From contig OZ253442.1 of NCBI GenBank assembly GCA_965261085.1, forward strand, positions 3,616,001 to 3,680,000: a stretch of 64,000 nt of DNA, given 5' to 3'. Positions 59,157-64,000 of the stretch are shown piece after piece (position 1 is the first letter of the stretch; every line of letters begins with the position of its first letter). A model generated the notes under the pieces. It was not told the DNA's origin. It saw nothing but the letters and a program-made list of their open reading frames with translations, and did no database searches. A program made the position numbers and the translations under genes. The stretch comes from a bacterium (GTDB lineage: Bacteria; UBA8248).

Positions 59157-60697
59157 TCCGCTTCTCCGTAACCCCCGCCGCCCGGCGTGATGAGCGTGAG
59201 GGTATCGCCCGGCTCCATATCGGTGGTGACCTTGGGGTCGATTTCGCGCTCGTTGATGCGCACCTGCCCCCGCGCGCCAGATCCTCCGCCGAACAGCCCC
59301 GGCGCCGGCGATTTCGTGCGCTCGGCCATGAACGACACCGTGATGCGGGCGGGAGAGTCGTTCCTGAAGACGATTCGCTGCCCGCAGCCTCCCCGGAATT
59401 TCCCGGCGCCGCCTGAGTCTCTTAATATCGTCTTCTCGATGAGGGTGAAGGGCGTGATGCGCTCGATCACTTCGATCGGCGTGTGGGATACGTTGCTGGG
59501 ATAGCTCAGGCACGCATGGCCGTCCCCGCGCGCGGTGGCGCCCGTGCCCCCGTTCTGGAAGAAAAGCCCCGCCGTCCGCACGCCCAGCTTATCCAGCCCC
59601 GTATAGTTCACGCACCAAAGGGGAGAGCCGCTCGCCGCGGGCACTTCTTCGGGAATGACGGGAGCGAGGGCCTCGAAAACGGCGGCGGGCAGATAGTGGC
59701 CCACCAGCATCCGGCCTCCTCCCGCGGCGGGATGGAGCGGCTCCAGAATACTGCCCGGCTCCGTCCTCACCTCGATGGGCCTAAAACACCCCTCGTTGTT
59801 GGGAACCTCGGGACAAAGAACGCACTTGATGGGATAGACCGAATAGGCATAGGTGTAGTTGTAGGCCACGTTCACGGCGCGATCGACCTGGGGCGAGGAG
59901 CCCGCGTAGTCGATCACCAGGGAATCTCCTGTTTTCTCGATCCGCGTCCGCACCCGAATAGGCTCCGCCAGACCGTCCGTCTCAATCTCAGAGGCGTATT
60001 CCCCATCGGGCAAGCGAAGCAGGGCGTCGCGCATGGCTTTTTCCGAGCGGCCCTGAATCTCCTTCGTCAGCGCGCGCAAATCATCCAAGCCGTATTCTTC
60101 CAAGAGATCGCCCAGGCGTTTTTCCGCCAGGCGATTCGCCGTGATCTGCGCGTTGATGTCGCCCATCACCAAATCGGGCACGCGCACGTTGTAGCGAATG
60201 AGGTCGATGAGCGTCTGATCCGGCTCGCCGCGCCGGTACATCTTCATCATGGGAATCTGGAGGCCCTCTTCGTAGACCTCCCTGGGGTCGGGGGAGCGGA
60301 TTTTCCCGCCGATGTCGGGCAGATGGGCCGTACTGGCTGAGAACCCGATGAATTTTTCCCGGTAAAACACCGGCTTCACGATGTTCACGTCGGGGAGATG
60401 GCCCGTTCCGTACCAGATGTCGTTGGTGACGAGGATGTCGCCGGGTTCGAGCGTCTCGGGCGGAAACGCCCGGAGAAAATGGCGAACCGTTATCGGCAAG
60501 GTGCCGATGAACGATGCGATGCTGGCCGAAGACTGCACGAGGGAGTGGCCCTGATCGTCGGTGATCACGCAGGAAAAATCGTTCGACTCGCGCACCAGCG
60601 TGGAAAACGAGGTGCGCACCAGTGTCGCCGCCGCCTCGTCCACGATGCCGATGAGCCTGCGCCAGAGCACTTCCAGCGTAATGGGATCAAACGCCAT
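59153..60697 (-). CDS. Hydantoinase B/oxoprolinase subunit
   Basis: DPITLEV, GTGHLPD, HLPDIGG, EEGL and TPGGGGYG motifs. Confidence 0.95.
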   Translation of the reverse strand: MAFDPITLEVLWRRLIGIVDEAAATLVRTSFSTLVRESNDFSCVITDDQGHSLVQSSASIASFIGTLPITVRHFLRAFPPETLEPGDILVTNDIWYGTGHLPDVNIVKPVFYREKFIGFSASTAHLPDIGGKIRSPDPREVYEEGLQIPMMKMYRRGEPDQTLIDLIRYNVRVPDLVMGDINAQITANRLAEKRLGDLLEEYGLDDLRALTKEIQGRSEKAMRDALLRLPDGEYASEIETDGLAEPIRVRTRIEKTGDSLVIDYAGSSPQVDRAVNVAYNYTYAYSVYPIKCVLCPEVPNNEGCFRPIEVRTEPGSILEPLHPAAGGGRMLVGHYLPAAVFEALAPVIPEEVPAASGSPLWCVNYTGLDKLGVRTAGLFFQNGGTGATARGDGHACLSYPSNVSHTPIEVIERITPFTLIEKTILRDSGGAGKFRGGCGQRIVFRNDSPARITVSFMAERTKSPAPGLFGGGSGARGQVRINEREIDPKVTTDMEPGDTLTLITPGGGGYGEAE

Positions 60698-62787
60698 TAC
60701 CCGTTCACCTCGATGATGATGTGGCCGCTTTCATTTTTTCTAAATTGCGCGTCTTGGGGGACCACGATGGTGGATTCACGCTCCTCGACGATGGCGGGGC
60801 CGGAAAATTCCCGCCCGGCGGGCAGCGAATACCTGTGGTAGACGCGCGCCTCCAGAAACCCGACATCAGTACCCGCATATATCTTTCTTGACCCCTTATC
60901 GAAATCCGCCTCATCCGTGAGCGGCGGGACGTTCATGCCTTGAGGGCCCGGACCCAGCATCGTCAGCCGCCAGGCGGCCACCTCCGCCGCCACGTTCTCG
61001 ATTTTTCGCAAATACCGCTTCTCATACGCTTGCTCGAATAACTCCTGCATGGCCGCGCTATCGCGAACCGGCATCCCGCCCTCCTCGGGCAGGGGGACGC
61101 TCACCGTATCCGTCTGCCCCCTGTAGCGCATGTCGGCTGCGGGCTGAAACTCCCAACGCGCATCCACGTCGAGCCTGTCCCCCAGGGAATCTTTCATCTG
61201 CGCGGCCATATCCCGATAAAGCGCCTCGACGCGCGCCCAGTCCACCGCATCGACGTCGGAAACCAGGACGCGGACGGCGTCGGCTCTCGGCCGCGCCGCC
61301 AGAAGACCGGCTGCGGAGGCCACGCCCACGTCCGGCGGGCAGACGATACGGCGGATATAGAGTTTCTTCGCCATGTGGCAGGCGTGAAGGGGTGCGGCTC
61401 CACCCGTGGCGATCAAGGCGTAGTTTCTGGGGTCGCCCCCTTTTTCGGCGATGTGCACGCGCGCGGCGCTCGCCATCTGCTCGGTGATGATCTCATAAAT
61501 CCCCCACGCCGCATCCTCTACGCTCATGTCCAGCTTTTCGGCCAGAGCCGAGACGGCCTCGCGCGCTATTTCGGCGTCGAGTTTCATCGCGCCGCCCAGG
61601 AAGAAATCGGGATTGAGATAGCCCAACAGCAGGCTCGCGTCCGTAACGGTGGGCTGTTCGCCTCCTTGCCCATAACAGGCGGGTCCCGGCATCGCGCCCG
61701 CGCTCTGCGGGCCGACCCGAATCAACCCCAGGCCGCTTACCTGCGCGATGCTGCCGCCGCCCGCGCCGATCTCGACCAGATCCACCGTGGGCGAGAGGAT
61801 GGGCAGGCCGCTTCCCTTCTGGAATCTCGACGTTCTCGCCACCTCGAAACGGTTCTCCGTCGCGGGTTCGCCGTTTTCGATCAGGCATATCTTGGCCGTG
61901 GTTCCGCCCATGTCGAAGCCCAGAACGTGATCCTCTCCCAGGGAGCGGGCGATTTGCGCCGCCGTGAGCGCGCCGCCCGCAGGCCCTGATTCGATGATTC
62001 GCACCGGATGCTCCCGCACGCTGTCGAGCGTGGCGAAGCCTGAGTTCGAGAGCATGATGAAGAGATCGCCCGCAAAGCCCGAATCCCGCAGGCTGGCGAG
62101 CAAGCGCGTCAGGTACGCATCGGCGATGGGCCGCACGTAGGCGTTCGCCGCCGTGGTGGAAGTTCGCTCGTACTCGCCCGTCTCGGGGGCCACTGCGGAT
62201 GAGATGCAAACGGGCGTATCGCCCACGACCTCCTCGATTGCCGCCTGGGCCGCCCTCTCGTTCTCGGGATTCACGGGCGCATGGAGAAACGAGACGGCGA
62301 GAGATTCCGCCCCGAGGCGAACGAGTTTTTCCGCCTCGCGCTTCACGGCTTCTACGTCCAGGGGAACCACAATCTCGCCATCCACGTGGACGCGCTCGGG
62401 CACCTCGGCGCGCAACTCCTGCGAGACGAGAGGCATCGGCATCTCCTGGTGCAGGTCGTAGAGGTCGAAGCGCTTCTCGCGGCCGATCTCGATGACGTCG
62501 GAAAACCCCTGCGTGGTGATGAGGCCCGTGCGCGCGCCTTTTCGCTCGATCAGGGCGTTGGTGATGAGGGTGGTGGCGTGCACGATGCTCGCGAGGTCGG
62601 ATGCTTTAAGACCGGCGGATTCGAGTATTTTCCTGAAGCCCGAGAGCGTCCCCTCGGCGGGATCATCGGGCGTGGTCAGCACCTTGGCGATGTGGACCGC
62701 TCCCCGCCTCTCGTCGATGAGCACGAGATCGGTGAACGTGCCCCCGATGTCTACGCCCAAGCGAATTTGCAAGTCTTTATCCATCAT
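60697..62787 (-). CDS. Hydantoinase A/oxoprolinase subunit
   Basis: DIGGTFTD, ESGPAGG, DMGGTT and GAGGGS motifs. Confidence 0.95.
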   Translation of the reverse strand: MMDKDLQIRLGVDIGGTFTDLVLIDERRGAVHIAKVLTTPDDPAEGTLSGFRKILESAGLKASDLASIVHATTLITNALIERKGARTGLITTQGFSDVIEIGREKRFDLYDLHQEMPMPLVSQELRAEVPERVHVDGEIVVPLDVEAVKREAEKLVRLGAESLAVSFLHAPVNPENERAAQAAIEEVVGDTPVCISSAVAPETGEYERTSTTAANAYVRPIADAYLTRLLASLRDSGFAGDLFIMLSNSGFATLDSVREHPVRIIESGPAGGALTAAQIARSLGEDHVLGFDMGGTTAKICLIENGEPATENRFEVARTSRFQKGSGLPILSPTVDLVEIGAGGGSIAQVSGLGLIRVGPQSAGAMPGPACYGQGGEQPTVTDASLLLGYLNPDFFLGGAMKLDAEIAREAVSALAEKLDMSVEDAAWGIYEIITEQMASAARVHIAEKGGDPRNYALIATGGAAPLHACHMAKKLYIRRIVCPPDVGVASAAGLLAARPRADAVRVLVSDVDAVDWARVEALYRDMAAQMKDSLGDRLDVDARWEFQPAADMRYRGQTDTVSVPLPEEGGMPVRDSAAMQELFEQAYEKRYLRKIENVAAEVAAWRLTMLGPGPQGMNVPPLTDEADFDKGSRKIYAGTDVGFLEARVYHRYSLPAGREFSGPAIVEERESTIVVPQDAQFRKNESGHIIIEVNG

Positions 62788-62800
62788 TGCGCTTTCGACA

Positions 62801-63337
62801 TTATTTTTTGCACTTCTTCTTGCCGGCCAACCTTTCGGAAGTCGTCATGCCAAAGTTGCATGCCTTGATGTAGTCGCCATCCCCGGAGCGGCCATACACC
62901 ACGTCCCCGTTTTCGTCATAGACGGTTTGGGTGACAAAGACGACCTCGCCCCCATGATGCTGGACGATGAGCACCTGGCCCTTCCCCACCTCTCCGGCAA
63001 AAGTATCGGTGCGGCGTTTCTCCGTGCTCGTGCTCACCAGGGGTATGACGGCGTCGCCCAGGAAACTGACCTTTACGGTATTGCCCCGGTTCACGGTTAC
63101 GGAACAGCTCTCCCCGGTGATTTCAAAACCCACCATGAGTCTTTGAATGAAACCCCTTGCGGGTATGTGGACGCAACCATGGCGCGTCCCCGGTTTTAAT
63201 TTTTCCTGATTCAGGGGCGGATTCGATAAAAGCCCTTGAAGGTAGCTTTTGCTCAAAGGCTGAGCGGCGACGCTCTGACAGACCACCGCAAAGAGGAGAA
63301 AACTTGCGAAAACGAAAACAAACTTCATCTTTTTCAT
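62801..63337 (-). CDS. Exported hypothetical protein
   Basis: Signal-peptide-like N-terminus; co-oriented with the hydantoinase genes. Confidence 0.6.
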   Translation of the reverse strand: MKKMKFVFVFASFLLFAVVCQSVAAQPLSKSYLQGLLSNPPLNQEKLKPGTRHGCVHIPARGFIQRLMVGFEITGESCSVTVNRGNTVKVSFLGDAVIPLVSTSTEKRRTDTFAGEVGKGQVLIVQHHGGEVVFVTQTVYDENGDVVYGRSGDGDYIKACNFGMTTSERLAGKKKCKK

Positions 63338-63398
63338 TCAACGCGTCTCTGTGAAAAACAATTTTCCATTTCCAGGCGAACTTCCATGGTTATTCGGC

Positions 63399-64000
63399 TC
63401 ATTCCGCGTCCGGCAGTATTTCGCCGTTTCGGATGATGGGCGCGCCGTCGAACCAGACCGATGGCGCTCTGATGATGGCGTCGAAGTGGGTCTTGGCCTG
63501 CACGTCTCCCCCTAAGTTGGCGGAGGTGCCGATGCCGATGTGGATCGTGCCGTTCACACCCTCATCATTCAGCATCTCGCCCGTGAAATCCTTGCATTCG
63601 GGGTTTAGGCCCATCGCGAACTGCGCGACGTTATAGACCCATTCGTCGTTCTGTTCAGCCAGTAATTTATCGAGGTAATCCGCCTGCCGCCCGCCCGATA
63701 TCTCCCGCACGAAGCCGTCTTCAACCTGGAAAATAACAGGCTCTTCGATGACGCCCACGCCGTAATAGGGAATGCTCCCGTCCACTACGAGGACGCCGCT
63801 CGCCGTCCCTTCCAAAGGAGATATATTCGCCTCGATGTTCGGAACGGCGGTGAACCCGGGGCCATCCAGAACACAGGCGTGGCTGTTGCCCGCGCGTCCC
63901 TCGACGGAAAGCACGAGTTCGGTGCCCGCCGGGTTGGTGACGCGCACCTCGCGCGCCTCGCTCAAGCGCGCCGCCAGGGCGTCGCAAAGCGGTTTTCTCG
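63399..64000 (-). CDS. M29-like (thermophilic metalloprotease) aminopeptidase family protein, 5' truncated by window
   Basis: TNPAGT, VVDGS, MGLNP, DEG..GTIHIGIG and HFD motifs. Confidence 0.8.
   Translation of the reverse strand, partial: RKPLCDALAARLSEAREVRVTNPAGTELVLSVEGRAGNSHACVLDGPGFTAVPNIEANISPLEGTASGVLVVDGSIPYYGVGVIEEPVIFQVEDGFVREISGGRQADYLDKLLAEQNDEWVYNVAQFAMGLNPECKDFTGEMLNDEGVNGTIHIGIGTSANLGGDVQAKTHFDAIIRAPSVWFDGAPIIRNGEILPDAE

Overview
GC-rich bacterial chromosomal segment, mostly catabolic and housekeeping genes (acyl-CoA dehydrogenase, MsrB, asparaginase, mrpABCDEFG, an ABC importer, ThDP enzyme, SucCD-like ligase, amidase, hydantoinase/oxoprolinase A/B). Its intergenic regions are full of GTAG-type REPs, other palindromes and IS1182-derived MITEs. 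Two IS1182-family copies encode identical proteins and each has its own 5-bp TSD. Small lower-GC defence-type cassettes are present: XhoI/PaeR7I-like RM, DUF4062, GIY-YIG, a PD-(D/E)xK pseudogene and MNT-HepT. Top candidates for novelty: (1) a locus at 36.8-40.3 kb with a four-His membrane protein, an exported protein with about 37 Asn-Pro-Cys repeats, a SoxA/TsdA-like cytochrome c with a tail of about 20 NPC repeats, and a dihaem cytochrome c; (2) a rhodanese whose catalytic Cys codon is an in-frame UGA followed by a SECIS-like hairpin (probable selenoprotein); (3) a nested MITE/IS/MITE structure; (4) integrase-free cassettes bracketed by duplicated gene ends. No rRNA, tRNA or CRISPR array was seen. 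All family calls come from motif recognition by eye, not database searches.
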